64,000 nucleotides of DNA, taken from positions 6,696,001 through 6,760,000 of the forward strand of contig JBHGNT010000001.1 of the NCBI GenBank assembly GCA_043228905.1, in the 5' to 3' direction. The DNA is from Azolla caroliniana. Lineage: Eukaryota; Plantae; Polypodiophyta. The translations under genes were made by a program, and so were the position numbers. This document shows, one piece after another, positions 32,224 through 47,614 of the stretch (position 1 is its first letter; each line of letters starts with the position of its first letter). The notes below the pieces were generated by a model. That model was not told the origin of the DNA and ran no database searches. It saw nothing but the letters and a program-made list of their open reading frames with translations.

Positions 32224-35200
32224 ATGGCCTCCACCTCGTCTCTGCTCGCCGCTCGTCGATCTTCTCTGCCTTCATCCCTCCTCCGTTTTGCCCGATCTTT
32301 CTCTGCAGCCGTCGGCTCCCAGATCGACGCTGATGCCTCCGTGCATCTTCAGAAAGCCCGCTCGTGGGATGAGGGTGTCGCTAGTAACTTCTCCACCACG
32401 CCTCTCCCAGAGATCTTCCAGGTCAATATTCACTAATTTGTTTCCATGGAATAACTAGCTGTCTTTCTTTTCCTTGCTGTTTGTCGTTGTTCTCTTTGCT
32501 CTTGGTCGTCTCGTTCTCGTTCACATATTTGATTCTATTCGCTGTGCTTCTTTTGTCTATTTGTATGTGCTTGAAACTGCATTCTTGATTGTTACTAGGT
32601 TTGAAGTTTTTAAAAGTGCATTCTTCAGTTTTCAAGGTCTGAACCTTCTCATAGGCTAGTTTCAAACGCTTCTAATCTGATGAATTCTTGCTGAAATATG
32701 TAAAGTTTGCTTTGTCAACTGCGAAACATATAAATTTTGATGTATCCTTGCTGAAAAATTAAAGATTCATTGATTTTCAGGTGAATTACACCAAATGTTT
32801 CTTCTTCTTCTTCTTCTTCTTCTCAAGTTGTCATTTTTCTTCATTTTTGTTGTTTCCATGAATGTTTCTTGATGATGCTCATTCTTCAAGTTTTGTAAGG
32901 TTTGGAGTTTGGTCCATGTCTACAAACATGTGCTGTTTATGTTTCTAAGTTCGGTGGTTTCAAAAGCTTCTATTTTGATGAATACTTACTCGAACATTTA
33001 AAGTTTGACTGTAACATGCAAGTGTCATGGTAATCCAAAATATTCTCTTATTTGAATGTCTTTTTCTACCTTTCTCATTGTTTCTAAGGATATTGTTTGA
33101 TGTGCATTATTCAAATGTACTAAGGCTGTAATTGGCCCTAGCTTGTTTGATAGCTTTGTTTTTTTTATGAATCCTTGGGGAATGAAACATGCGAAGCATG
33201 GAAAACGAAGAATGTTCAGCCTTGTGAATCCGGTTTGTTGCTGAATGAAAATATTTACTTAATCTTTTCTCAAACATGTGGAGCTCCATGAATCCTTGCT
33301 CATGTAGGTATCTGTTCTCAAACATATGGAGCTCCATGTGGATTCTTTGTGATCACTCTTCATGTTATTTAAGGTTGGATTTTGCCCTAGGTATTTAGAG
33401 CGTTTAATGAATCCGTGGTAAAACATGTAAAGCTTGATGAATTCTTGGTGAAACATACCAAGCTTGTGAAGTTGTTGCTGAAGAAATTGGAATTTTGATG
33501 AATCCCTGATAGAAAATTAAAGTTTGATGAATCGTTGCTAGAAAAGTTAAATTCCACGAATCATTTCAATAAAAACATGTAAAATTAAATGAATTTGTGC
33601 TGGAACAATTCAATGTCATTGAATCCTTCCCAAAACATGTCAAGTTTTCATCAGTTTCCAATGTCAAGGACCTTTGCCATGCATTCTTTATCTGCGTTGC
33701 TCAAAATTTTAGAGGTATCATTAAACCCCGGTTTCAGAAGCTTTTTGATCACCACTCGAAAAATATTCAAATCTCAATTGTTTTGATAAAATTTCTATAT
33801 TTCTGTCAAATTCTGCTCCTTTAACTTTTGTGGCTATTGGAGAACATACTTTATGTTTTCAAGGTTTTATTTTATTTCTACATTTCAAGTTTCATATTTT
33901 AAGTTTTGGTTTGTTCAACTAGGGCTTCTTAATCCTGAAGCTGTTGAGTAGTGAGAATGCTGTGACAGAAGGCATTAAATCTTTCTGCTGTCCTTAGCTG
34001 CCGCATTCTTAGTGATCTTATGCGCATAATATGGGCATTCTTGGTGTCATTGAATGGTTTTGAACTCTAGTATGCATAAAATATCTTTTTCCTCACCCCT
34101 CTTCCCACACTATTTTCTTTCATTTTTTATTTTAATACCAGCCATTTCCATGGTTCAAGCATAATTGAATGTATATGAAATTTATACAGGGGGATTTATC
34201 ATTGCATCACTACAACAGTCTTCTTTGTCTCTCTCATTTGCCTGTTACTAACTTGCACTTCCTCACTTACAAAGGGATTGATTGTCTATTCCACTGTCAC
34301 ATTTCATGTGCCCAGATCCCATACAAAAGATATATCTATGGGGATAGATAGCATTTATCCCCATTAAAGAGATAGATGTAATTGTCCTTTTACCCTTAGT
34401 GTATGGGAATATAACCTATCAGGAAAATTTTCTGTATAAGAGATCAAATATAATCTATGGGACAAAGTTCAACATTTTGTGTTAGCGTGTGGGAATCGGA
34501 AAGAGAGATGATTATGATAATGATGATATGTTAATGTCCATTATATGTCAGTATGGGGGATGGAGAGAAAGACTATAGAGCAAATTATGAAATTAATTTT
34601 ATGTTATTCCTGAACACTACGAATGAATGTCCCTCCGTTTGGGAGAGACTTTTTCTTCTAATTTTGTGGTGCAATGCATGCTAGCCAAGTGGATATGGGA
34701 TTCATGTTTGCTGAGTGGCATTCACATGTACAACATCCTATTAAGATGAAATAATATGAAGATATTTTACAATTAAGTGCATCTAACCTAGTTATATGCA
34801 CTCTGATCTTAGGCCACGATAAAATATTTTCAGTTTGCTTTTAGCTATTTCTATGATACACTACTAATTTGTATTATTACTTTGTATTACTTAATGTGTT
34901 GATTTTTGTTACTCTGGTGTATGACAGGGGAAAAAGGTTGTGATCTTTGGTCTTCCGGTATGTGAGAAGCCAATGCATATATTATCCTTTCGTTTATTTT
35001 GGCCAGGTTGATTGGTTTCAAGTAAATTCAAGATACAATTCTTGTGGTTGTAGGGAGCTTTTACGGGAGTGTGTACAGCACAACATGTTCCTAGTTTCTC
35101 AAAGTATGCTGAAAAATTTAAGGAGAAGGGTGTAGATTCAATCATATGTGTCGCAGTTAATGATCCATATGTGATGAATGGGTGGGCTGACAAACTCCAA

Positions 35201-36199
35201 TGCAAAGATAAGGTATATACCCTAGCTTTTACTTTATTTTTCCAAATGCCCTGAGTTTGTCTTTATTTTCATTTTTCTTGATTTCTGTATTTGCCCCTGA
35301 GTTTTTTTATTTCACAAAAATACCGCGGTCAACTCCTATAGGAGTAACAACATGATTGATTCTCTTGTTGGGGGTTCATCAAGGGCGTTTGGGGAAATAA
35401 TGAAAAATCAAGGTAATAAAAACATAGGCAGCATTTGTAGGGGTAATGAGCGGTTGGTATTTCAGAGTTTCTCCCATGTCTTCATCTCGTCTAAGTTTGT
35501 AGTTTTAACCTAAGGACTTATTAGCTGATACTTATCCATGTACAGTTGGAGTTCTATGGTGACTTTGATGGGAAATTTCATAAGTATTTGAAGCTTGATC
35601 TTGATTTGACAAGTGGACTGCTTGGTCCTCGATCACAGAGGTATATCTCTTTATCTCCACGGTAGCTAAAAACTTTAACTTTAAGATTTCTGTTTGCTTA
35701 CATCTCCAATGTACATATATATTGCCAAGGATTAATAATTTTCCACTGTGTTCCAATTTTCATTCCAAGTTTTAAAGGAAGTCTTTATTATCTAGTGTTA
35801 TTGTTTGTATATCATTATTCTTATTTGCAAAGTATTTCATGCTTATCATTTTGACTTTAACATGAATTTTATATAGGGAAAAAAAGTAAGAATACCCCCA
35901 ACTTGCTATGTATTAACAAACCTAAATTTTCAAAATATACAAGAATAGCAAAGCGCAAATTTTTCTATTGCAAATGGGTATTCTGGTGAAAAGGGGTACC
36001 CTTGGTGTTTTCCCATAGTATTTAACATACAATGTGATGGTTTGCATAACTTTAGCTTAATGCTCTGTTGAGTAAACGTCCTTTCTTGTGCAGGTGGGCA
36101 GCATATGTAGAGAATGGCATTATCAAACAACTGAATATTGAGAAGGTTCCATCTGAATTTAAAGTATCTGATGCTCAGACACTCTATGAACAGATATAA
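32224..36199 (+). CDS. PRXIIF: Mitochondrial type II peroxiredoxin (195 aa, 5 exons)
   Basis: Exons 32224-32421, 34928-34957, 35054-35212, 35546-35640, 36094-36199, all GT-AG and in phase. Motifs [41 protein letters not shown]; Ser/Arg-rich transit peptide. Confidence 0.95.
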
Positions 36200-36758
36200 T
36201 ATTATGAGGAACCAATTAGAGGCTAAACTCATCAGAGTAAATGAATGCCGTGAATATATCAAGAGTGCAAAGGCGCACTTGGAATTTTTAAATACAAAAT
36301 AAGATTTGAGGGCTGTAACTTGATTTGTTAAAAGATGTCCAGGTTCATTGCATAAAATCTGTCCTTTTTTTATCTTTCTTTGATTCATCTGTGGTAGATG
36401 TCATTGAAATGGTCATGTCTTGATTGTCTGAAGAAATCTGTTCATCAGTATTGTGTTCTAAATTGTACATACTTTGGTTATTTTTATCAACTCAATTGTC
36501 ACGTACTATACATGCTTACTAGTATAGCAATACATTTTTAAAAATAGTGTTGTGACAAACTCTGGACAAAGAGGGCAATATACATTTGCTGGACAAATTT
36601 CTTTTCATATCTCATCTTATTATCTGCAAAGCAGAAACATTTATATCATAAAATGTTCTATTAAGAAAGAAGCAAAAAAGAAACGACATTTGACTCCTGA
36701 TTTCTCATTGAGAAAATCATATCCAAGCTTGAAGATCACATACTAAATGAAATATGAA

Positions 36759-39700
36759 TCAAGTTGTCAGGAAGTCAATAATGTGGTCATAAATAATTTC
36801 GTTGGCATTCATGCCAAGGACAAAATCCATATGTGCATACTGAGGAACAAACTTGATTGGGTAAGAATCAGAATCCGGAAGCAAGGCAAGCATGGATGCA
36901 ACATCGATTGGGTCTGCGAGGCCATCCTTAGCACCGTACATAAGCATCATATTCCTGTTAGGAGGAACCTTTCTCAAATCATATATTGGTGGTCTTACCC
37001 ACCAGTAATGTTGTAGATTACCGAAAAATCCATAATCGAATTTTGCAAAAGTTCCTTGCCTATACTCTAATCAAACAACAAAAAAAACTCCACCAGATTA
37101 GTAACAATAGAATATATGGAAACTCGAACAGGTTAGTAAATCAGAAATGATCAGAACTGACATACGTAACATGATGATAAACATCACAATCTCTTATAGA
37201 ATGCATTAACTGAACACTCGACTTGTTCCAAGCAATCACAAATACAAATTAAAATTGTAATCAAGTTGTGTAGAACAGGCCCATGTTGATCCCATTCTAG
37301 TTTCTACTGTGTTCTTTCACATTGAAATCCAACTGTAGTCAAAGTTGTAACTCGTGGCCCAATAGATTCCATTACAAACACAAAATATTTGGCACCAAAT
37401 GGAAATTTAATGTTTGTGAACTTCCACAAAATATTGATGTTTGTACTATGGAATTAAGCGGTAAAAAAAGAGAGACACAAGGAAAACATACGAATTGGCA
37501 GGTAAAAGAGAAAAACAGATCGCTTTTAATGTGGGCGAATAAAAGATGAAATTTTAGATCAGATAGAAAGGCTCCTTTTGTTTTGTTATTTGATAAAAAC
37601 AAATAAAGCCAATTTGAACAGTGGGAATCGGTCAAATTGTTCTTATGTTTAAATGACTGTGTCAACAAAAACTAGCAATAAAGTTTAAAGAAAAGGCTGC
37701 ACAAGTCAGGCAGATTTTTACGAGAACCATTAATTATTAAAACCTGAGGGGAAAACACAAAAAATAAATAAAAATTGCAGAGTTTATTCCTCTGCTAGTG
37801 ATTTGTTTTTGGTTCAATCATTAACTGATTGAATTGAATAAGGTTTTCCGTGTATTCTCTCTCTCTTTCTCTCTCTTTCTTCTTCTTTTGAATTGAGATA
37901 TGTATCCATAATGCATTATTAAGATCGAATGGGAAAAAAAAAACAAAGAGAAAAAATGAAGGGGGACATAATTTGTATTCAAACAGAAAAAACAAAAGAA
38001 AGCTCACGTTGCGCAAGATGCATCAAGTTCTTGGTTGCAGTGGGTTGAGTCTCGTACGTCTCAAACAGAGCCCTCCTCGATGTGTTGAGGCAACAGTTGT
38101 CACCTACAAACAAAATACACAACGATTAGAACCAGAGGCAATCGAGTACAACATAAAATCTCATATATCAATTTAACTAGTTTACATTACATCCATTGCC
38201 CCAAATCCCACATCTCTCTTAAGTTTTTCGTTCATTACTTGCTCAAATATGCATGCCCTTCGGTTTCTGTTTTTCTCATTACAGTTCATTTCTGTTCTCG
38301 ATTCTACGATCGGTTAGAAAATAACAAAATTTGAAGGGTATTTTGGGTTTCTTACTACCGTAAAAAAAAACAATTTTTTCAACCCATTATATACAATGAA
38401 TAAAATCTATTATTCAAATTTTTGCATTCTAAAATTATATAGATATAGATATAGATATAGATAGATAGATAGATAGATAGATAGACTAGTTGGGTTAGTA
38501 ATAATACCTGTAAATATGTCAAGGTATGACTTAAAACACCCAAGGGCTGAAGCTTTACAAATAATGTCAACCAATTGCTTCTTTTGGCTAGAAATGAATC
38601 GAATCAATACAGAAAAAAAATATAGCAATCAGAGAGAGCGTTGATCCATAACCACGCTTTAAACATACATCCATTCATTACATACGGGGAACCTATTTCT
38701 GTAATTGTTTTAAATGCAATAAGAATAGAAAACTTACATTGAGGTGCTGAATTCGTAGATATGAAGAGACTCGTACAACTGCAAGGATAGTTTCACCTCA
38801 TGAGTTAGTTGAAAAACAAGTGTCCATCCAATCAAATTGGTCATTAGAAGATGTGACAATCTATCAATTTATGAGTAGAATATGAGGCAAATCCAAGCGT
38901 TTAATCATCTCAAAATGTGTGAAACAAATCTACGGGTCATTATGAAATATGTCAATCCAATGAATTGGTCATTAGAAGAGGTAATTATGGGGTAGGTTTA
39001 CAGTGTAAACAGACAACATGGAAAAACATAAACTATAAGATTTGAGATATGTGTTATGATCATTGGTCCTGCAAACTTTACTTTGTCTAGGTACATAGAG
39101 GCAGCAAGTTCAGCTAAGGGCGAGTTCACATGCTTCACATATGCGACTGGAGCTATCATCACAATTTTGTCCACCATATCCAAAAGTTCTCCTTGAGACA
39201 ATGCCGCAAACAACTGTTGAGTGCCCTGAATTCATCAATAGGAGGAAACCAGCATGATTAGCATCATTCACATCTTAGTAGTGAAATTAGCTAGAGGTGA
39301 TCCTATCACATCATAGTACGTAAATAGTAATTAATATTAACCATAAGAAATCGGGAAAGAATCAAATTTCTTATAACTACAAGTCAAGGTAATGATATCT
39401 AGTGAAGGGGGTAGTGGGCCAGTTGACATTGCATCCATGTCAATCGACAAAAGATACTTGTTTTTATCTATATTCAATCCAACATTCATAATGTCTGTGT
39501 AAAAAAACTTTGTTGAAATTTAGATAGTAGTTTTTGTAAAGTGGCATCGCGTGATGTGCATCATAACCAGAATTCGGTGCTCGGGAAAACCTAAATTTGT
39601 ACTAGGGACGAGAAAGAAACACAATCACATCACATTCATATCGTATGAAAGAATTTAATGGAAAATCCTGGAAAGAAAAATGAGGTTGTGATTCTTGCAT

Positions 39701-39791
39701 AACTGTGCACATGAATGGTGACTGTGTTCTGTCTGTCAAAAAATGGATGTACATGAGAAAGAATAAACCTTTTTCTAAAGTTAAAGGCCAA

Positions 39792-39822
<31 letters not shown>

Positions 39823-42800
39823 GGAAGGAATATCGGAGTTCAAAGAACCTTTTTCTCAAACAATTTTCATGTGATTGTAAACCAAGGAACAGTAGGAGTG
39901 GGGGGGGGGGGAGAAAACAACAGTAGAAAAGGCTAAAAATGTTAAAACAGAGTACGAAAAGTCACTTTAATGTTAGAAAAGCTGCCATTGTTTTTACATT
40001 TGTAAAAATAAATAAAAAAACAATGGAAAAAAACCTGTGAGTAGCCTATAAAGTGGGGAGTCTTCTTGGTTTCACTCTTAACTGCCCCCAACATTGCTGA
40101 GAGGTCATACTCTGCAAGCTCATCCAGGCTCCAATCCCAGAAACCCTAGTAAGTCAATTAAATTTATATCATTCCAAAACGTTTTGATTGTACCAAAAGC
40201 AGGACAAAAAAACACAAATTCATTACAAAATCAGTACAGTGTTTGCTTCAAACAGTATTCACTGCAAATCATTTGGATACAAAATGACTGAAAAAAAATG
40301 GATTCATTACATCCTACCTACACATCATGGGCCAATGTTTTGCATTGCAAATAAATGGTTGCAGTCTGTATTCTTTCTTTTTTCTTTCTTTTTTTTTACA
40401 TGGCAGGCTGTGAGAAACACAAATGCTTATCATGAATCTCCATTTCATTGATTAGATGTTTTAAAAAAAGAAAAAGATAAAAAGGAAGCTAAAATTCGGC
40501 CACTTCTTCACATCGTGAAAGGTGTACATAATAACCTTCTCACAGAATCTAAATCAGTATGGGTGGGCCCAATTTTTAATTGGGCGTAACTTGATGATGA
40601 TGATGATGATGATAATGATTAAGCATTGGGTTCAAAATCATTCAAAAGCAAGGTAAAATCAAGCACTTCAAAAATAAATCGAAGTTAAGGAAAACCCACA
40701 AAAACCAATCGAATTTCTATGCAGATTTTGGACCAAATCAATTAAGCAAACATTTGTCTTACTTAATAATTCTGCAAACATCATATAAAATTGGTTGGAA
40801 CTTGGGACTTGTGAGAACAGGGTTGTGGTAAAACTTTTAATTGATCAAGAGGAGCAAAAATACAGCAAAGTCTATCTCTCAATCTATAGATAATAGCAAG
40901 TAGCCAAGATTTATAATTGTGAGAGAAAACAATAGGAGGAATCGACAATAATACTAATAATAATAGTGATAGAAGAGAGAGTAACCTTGTCTTTGCGTGT
41001 GAAGGTGGCATGGCCATAGCTGAACCTTGTGGTTCTGGTGTTTGCAATCCACACATCAAAGCCTTGTTGAGCCAATAGGAAGCCCAGCGAAGTCGTGGGA
41101 GGATTAAGCAGCCACACATCTCCACCCTGCGCCCATTTCGTTAAAAAAAATTCAATCATCAGTTTCCCTTTATCTTTCCCTGATTTTCGATCCAATATTT
41201 CAATCAACGCTTTCTTCACATTACTGTGCACAAACCCTTCAACTTCTTATACATACACATAAACAATCCATTCCTTGACTCACATTCAAAGTTATTTCTT
41301 CCTCAAGTAAATGATAAGTAGTTCACCAATGAAAAAAAATACAGGTTCTTTCGGCATTAACCTTAAGAAAAGATTTATTTATTTTTTAAATTAAGGGAGC
41401 CTATGCAGACGCCATTATGAAATTCCATATTCAGTATCTATGATAACTAACGCTAATTAAGAGAGCATTTACATTTTAATGAGTCCTCCACATTCAATTA
41501 AGGTTCGTACTAAAGTCGGGATGAAAAGGAAAATCTAAAGTCGTGATGTAATAATGGCTGATTGAGGGAGTGCCGCCATGCCTAACTCTCTCTCTCTCTG
41601 TCTCTCTTTTCTTCTTTTCTGTTACTGTTAACAATGGAATGATGGAATGGAGAGGAACGTACCAAAAGGATGCCATGGAGGAGCAGAACAGGCGGGCCTA
41701 ATGATTCCGTGTCTTTCGTCTCCCTCTCATTTGCTGTGGTCGAAATTATCCGTTGCAATCCGAGCAGGAATCCATCCTCCGTTTGCACCTCAAACATAAC
41801 CCACCATTAAAACACATCATTTAGATAAAGTTTTACTTTAGTCGCAATACATTTCCGAGCCATATTTGCAGATTAATTAAGCCGTGATTTTGTGTGCATA
41901 TCTATATATTAAGCTCTGGTTAGATTTAACAAAACGACCTAGATGCCGCAGTATAAAAAATGTAACCGAGCAATGAATCTTAAAACAGAAAACCAATTAT
42001 GATAATTGATCATTCTAAAAGTTAGTTAGCATTGGGTCGATTAGTAAAAAAAAACTGTAACCATTGAGATTAAGGAAAAGCTACCGTAGGATAGAACAGA
42101 AGATGGTATGATCATGAAGCTTTAATTATTAAGCTAACCATAAGCGGGTGACAGAACTTTTGGTGGGCAGTGAGTTTCAGTTGGCATGGTAGTGGGCGTA
42201 AAAGAGAGCACGTAACCATTCTGCACATTGAGTATGAAGGAATGGACTGTACGCATGCATGAAATGGTCTTAAGAAGAGAGGATTCGTTTAGAAAGATTA
42301 AAGCTCATTACGGAGGGGGAGAAATGACTGCAGATTGATGAGCATGGCACTTAAAATCGGATTCATGGAAATGGTATTAAGAAAAGAGGAATCGTGTAGA
42401 AAGATTAAAGCTCATTACGGAGGGGGAGAAATGACTGCAGATTGATGAGCATAGCACTTAAAATCAGATTCATGGGACTGACTTGATGAGATAGATAGAT
42501 GTGTGTGGGGGGGTCAATGCAAGGATGCTCTCACTCAACTCAGCATCATGAGTTTTCTGTCGATTGATAGCATTACTACTACGTCCCACACAAGATGTTT
42601 AATTAATGGGGTTTTAGGTTTAATTAGTAATTAATAATTAGGTTTCCCTCTCACTCAGCATGCGTTTCTCTCGATCGAATAGCATTGGCATTAGCACGCC
42701 CTACACAATATGTTAATTAGCGGGGTTTTAGGTTTAGTTAATTAAGTATACCACGTATTCGCGGCAAGTGTAGCCAGCGATGGGGTGAACAAGGCAAGCG

Positions 42801-43003
42801 CAGAGCCCATCCGACCTATCCACATTGCTGGCCACATACTTACTGTAATTGTCGGGGACGGTTAGAGCTTGGATCTGATGGCGAGCGGAGAGATTAGGGA
42901 GGAATAAGAGGAGGAGAAAATGAAGGAGAATAATGGTTTGCATGATTAGAGATGATGACAGAAGCGGAAGCTTAAGGGATGCTAAGAGGACGAAGGATCC
43001 CAT
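36759..43003 (-). CDS. Acid triacylglycerol lipase, LIP1/LIP2-like (432 aa, 9 exons)
   Basis: Exons 43003-42752, 41788-41663, 41126-40986, 40145-40035, 39225-39082, 38778-38738, 38587-38508, 38103-38008, 37066-36759. Hydrophobic N-terminus, VQTEDGFLL, PVLLLHG, FWDWSLDELA, GYSQG, DGLAD and YAHMDF. Confidence 0.93.
42283..42475. repeat. Direct duplication of ~85 bp in lipase intron 1
   Basis: AGAAAGATTAAAGCTCATTACGGAGGGGGAGAAATGACTGCAG... occurs at ~42291 and ~42398. Confidence 0.8.
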
Positions 43004-43185
43004 GATGATGGCCTCCTTTATGCAGTCTTAATTTCTTTTAGGTCTTCTACTTCCTGTTTTTTTTTGTTTTTGTATGTAGGAATTAATTTGCATCGACCAA
43101 AAGGATGAAGCTGTCGATGCAGGATTTGTTTACTGATAATCCGATTGCCGATTTTGGGGAAGGTGCGTGGCGGATGGATCACATT

Positions 43186-43230
43186 AGAAAGAAAGAAAGA
43201 AAGAAAGATGTATTATTAAAGTCTTCTTAG
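43186..43230 (-). mobile_element. Tiny 3'-terminal fragment of the RTE-like LINE
   Basis: (GAAA)nGATGTATTATTAAAGTCTTCT matches (GAAA)nGATGTATTAACGTCTTCT at 4213-4246. Confidence 0.6.
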
Positions 43231-43537
43231 AGAGAGATTGACAGGAGTTTGGGACGCATCGAGCAGCGAAGCAGGTCATACAAACAGTCAATGTGAGAGA
43301 GAGGGGGGGGGGGGGGGGGGGTACAGTAAATGTGGCGAAGTTATGATGATTAAACTAAATTAATGAAGTAATTAAGGAAGTAATTAGTGAGTTGGGAGGT
43401 GCAGCCATTTGACTGATGGAGCTGATTGATTGATTAGATGAGATGAGATGAGATATGGAGGGAGGGGGGGTGGGGGAGTTAATGCAAGAAAGAATGGGAA
43501 GGGAAGGCAACCATAACCAATCTAATCAAAAATCATT

Positions 43538-43598
43538 ACACACACACACACATATACAGGAAATGAGAAGAAGAAGAAGAAGAAGAAGAAGAATCAGA

Positions 43599-43679
<81 letters not shown>

Positions 43680-44030
43680 ATTTGGCGGCTTCGTTAAACT
43701 GCGAATACTCACACACACACTCTCTCTCTCTCTCTCTCTCTCTCTAGGCGCGCTCTCTCTCTCCATCTCTACACTCTCTTTTGTGTGTGTGTGTGTGTGT
43801 AATTATGTAAATAATATTATGTAATTATATACATATATTATATGTATTATACGTTATGTATTATATATAAATATATGTATGTATGTGGTATGTACGTATG
43901 TATGCATGTATGCATGTCTCTGTGTGTGTATGTACATACGGATCCCTTATGTCTTCTGTGTGTATATGTACATAATATGTATGTATGTGTATATATATAT
44001 ATACATATGTACATACATCATATATATATG
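43538..44030. repeat. Compound microsatellite region (CA, GAA, GA, GT, CT, TA)
   Basis: Directly visible simple repeats. Confidence 0.9.
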
Positions 44031-45882
44031 TGTGTTTTTATTATATGGATAGAATGTTGTATTCAACTTGTATGTATGTGTTTTTTGGGGGGGTCCTGTT
44101 TTTTTCTTTTTTGTAATTGTGGTGATTGATTATTTTATTAGAAATCCTTTCTCTCTCGGGTTCAATTTCTCATCTGATTTCCTATTCTATATTTTGTTTT
44201 TAAAAAAAATTTAAGAGCAGAAAAAACCGGAGAAAACAAATACTCTTTTTTTTTTTTTGGGGGGGGGGGGGAGTTTAATTTTGAGGGAAGAGACTGACCA
44301 CAAATAGGCAGAAAGAATTAGCTTCACACGCACAACACATTTTAGCTATGTACATACATACATAACGCTGCACACATAACATTACATACATGCATGCATA
44401 CATACATACATACATACATAACACTGCACACATACATACATACATGATACGACGATGGCTCTGGTATCAATTCTACATACCTTTTCTTCATTTCACACAT
44501 TCTTGGGGACCTTTTATATGAAATCAAACACCCTTATCGCATTAATTGTTGCAGAACAGAAGCATATACCTAGTTCTTTGTACTATGAGGTATATAAGCT
44601 TATTGCATCTCCTGTCTCTGCTCTCTAGCTACCGATTGTTCAATGCCACAAACCTGCGCAATAGAAACGAGGTATATATATGTAGTTGACGAGAGAGGCT
44701 CACAACTCACATTGTTGAATCGATGGATGGACATAGCCTTGTAACTTATACAAATCATGTGGGACCGAACCATCTCCTTATCTCCCATCCTCCCAAACTG
44801 CATTGGTCTTCGAGTTGCAATTGTTGGCCTAACTAATCAAGTTGATCTAACTTTCCAACACAACACTCACATGACTTCATTGGCGCAAGACAATGCTCTC
44901 CTATTCAAAGAAAACAAACAATACTTCACCCCGAAACAAATAGAATCTGCATTGTCGTAAAGGATGGATCAATAGCATATGAAGTACATAGAAAATAATT
45001 AAGAATTTATGTGAAAGTAAAGGATGGATCAATAGCATATGAAGTACTTACAAAAGAATTAAGAATTTATGTGGAAGATGTTATATGTATGTGGATTATG
45101 CCATGGAATATGGCATATCTAGAAAAGAAACGACAAATTTGTATTGGTTCGCCATTTTGGATCAACGCCTAAATGTGTGAGATTTTCTCTTCCTTATTGA
45201 TACCATTGTAGAATATTTAGGAAATCTCCTTGAACGTTCTTCTAGGTAGAACCATGTTTCTTTCTTCTAGTGATTGTGGGAAAATTCAACAATGTGCATT
45301 TTGAGAAGTTTCGTGCTATAAAATCCTACTATCAAATCGTTTTTAAACAGTTTGGCCCAATTCGGTTCGGTTTAGGCTTGAGCTTCCTAATCCGGTTTGG
45401 GATGGCTCCAGCCGAACCAAACCGGTTTCCAAACTGGTTAATGCTTAACCAACTTGGCTAAACCAGTTAGCCTTAACCGATTTAGGAACCGGTTCTATTC
45501 AAGTGTGAAACTCCAACACCAGTTAAGGCTTAACCAGTTTGGTTTGAACGATGCCAAATCAGTTAAGCCCAAACCGAACCGTTGCTAATTCCTACCTTGA
45601 ACCATTCTTATCGAGGCTAGTGGTATTGAATATATACAAATATTATTGTGTCCTCTATCAATCAAGTGTATACTTGAGGTCGAGCCCAAATTTTGAGTTT
45701 TAAGGCAATCGTCCCTTATCAACTAATCATTACATTAATTAATAAGGGATTCCTTGCCAAACAATCCTCTTGTACAATATGTATAATCCTAACTTATCAC
45801 TTAAGTTTCACTTGCTAGCAAGTTATTATTAATAGACACTCACATGCGAGCATATAAAATGCTAGAATATCTACATGGAGAT

Positions 45883-46057
45883 CATCTCTAAAATGATGAA
45901 TAACTCTCACACAATATCATGAATCACTCATGAAAATCTCCAGAGTCCAAACTTGCCCAACTTCAGCATATTATCTCTAAAATGATGAATAACTCTCACA
46001 CAAGATCATGAATCACTCATGAAAATCTCCAGAGTCCAAACTTGCCCAACTTCAACA
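45883..46057. repeat. Tandem duplication with a ~89-bp period
   Basis: ATCTCTAAAATGATGAATAACTCTCACACAA...CTTGCCCAACTTCA occurs twice. Confidence 0.85.
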
Positions 46058-47614
46058 TCTTGAAAATGAGCATCAACATTTGCTTAAAATTTAAGATAAC
46101 TCTTGATGTTGCTCTATAAATAGTTACATAATATATGCATGTGCAGAACATGCCTCACATGTAAGCACACGATAAATTGCGAGGGAAGAATTACCTTTGG
46201 CCATATCAAATAACCGTATGATAAAGCAAGTATAGGCATTAGTTGATATCAAATAATCATGAGGCACAAGCCATGAAAAATGTCAAATAGTCACCAAATT
46301 TAGTGTAGTTCACTTTAAATTGAGAATGATATGTGATGAAATGTGGTCATTGATATAAATGGAGCTTGGAGAGATCTATCCAGAGCATATTGCATATGCA
46401 CAGTCTCTCCCACAAAGAGATGATTTCATGCACACCACCACAACCAAAGGGAGAGTTAACTATCATAGGCATCAAGTTCAACCAAAGCAATGTTAGCAAA
46501 ATGATAGATTGAAAGCGGACGAATAGTAATTCACAACATGTTGAGGAAATAGTTATTTACTTCCAATGCCCATAATGATATACACGTATTTATCAAGGTT
46601 TCATTCCAAAGGAGTTGGTCAAATTTCCTCTCGAGGGGTGTTGGGGGGGAGGGGGGGGGGGGGTAAGGATACTAGGATGTAATATTTTTAGGAATAAACT
46701 ATGAATTTAGATCATTGACATCACATGTGAGTTAGTGGTGGAATTATTGGCATGCACACACTGCCTAGTTTAGAGTTGCATTAGCATATGTCCAACATGT
46801 AAATACCCCCCTAGATTAGTAGGTCCTAGTGTGTGACAACCCAAGTGTAGACAACACATAGGAGTTAGTTGGATAATTATCAACTCTCACGAGGAGTTTA
46901 GAATAAGGAATAAAACTATGCCAAGTGAAATTAGTGATATTTGCACTATTGAATTCAATGTTGCATATATTCAAATGTGAAATCTCCTTGATTGGTAGAC
47001 CCTAGTATGAATACCAATGTGTGGAAGAGGCAACAAAAGTCACACCAATACATCCTCCTTTGGATAGTCTTGACTCTTTACCATGGAGTAGTAAACCCCT
47101 TCTTAGGAAGGAGTCACATACAAGATGATATATTTATTCGGCCTCTTTGGGAATGATACGAAATCTATTCTAACATATTGGAGTCCCTTGTATCTAAATA
47201 TGCCATATCATTGATATCTTAGTTCTCTACGCTTTTCTAGTAACTTGTGTATATTACAAGTTCTCGCTTTACAACATACATGTTTACTATTTTTTATCAT
47301 TAGTTTGTGATGTTATCCAAAGCTATCGCATTGATATCAAAGCACTTAGGTCACCCAAGTATGTTAAGAGACAGTTAGGCTGATTATTATTATTAGGCTT
47401 TATTATTGGTTAAGTTCATCATTAAATTTAATAACTTCTTAGTTAGTATCCTCTATTTCTAGTCAATAATGAGTTTGCTAGGTAACTTGTGGCTTGAAGT
47501 CCCATGTGCCAAATTAGATAAAAGATTATTGTTGATGATAATGAAATATAAGGTAACAAAAAAAAAAAACCCTTTTCCACTTCAATAAACAAGTCGAGGA
47601 CTAAATCAATTGTT

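Noticed and set aside
43455-44527. ORFs rich in ER, CV, HT and YI dipeptides
   Set aside because: Translations of microsatellites.
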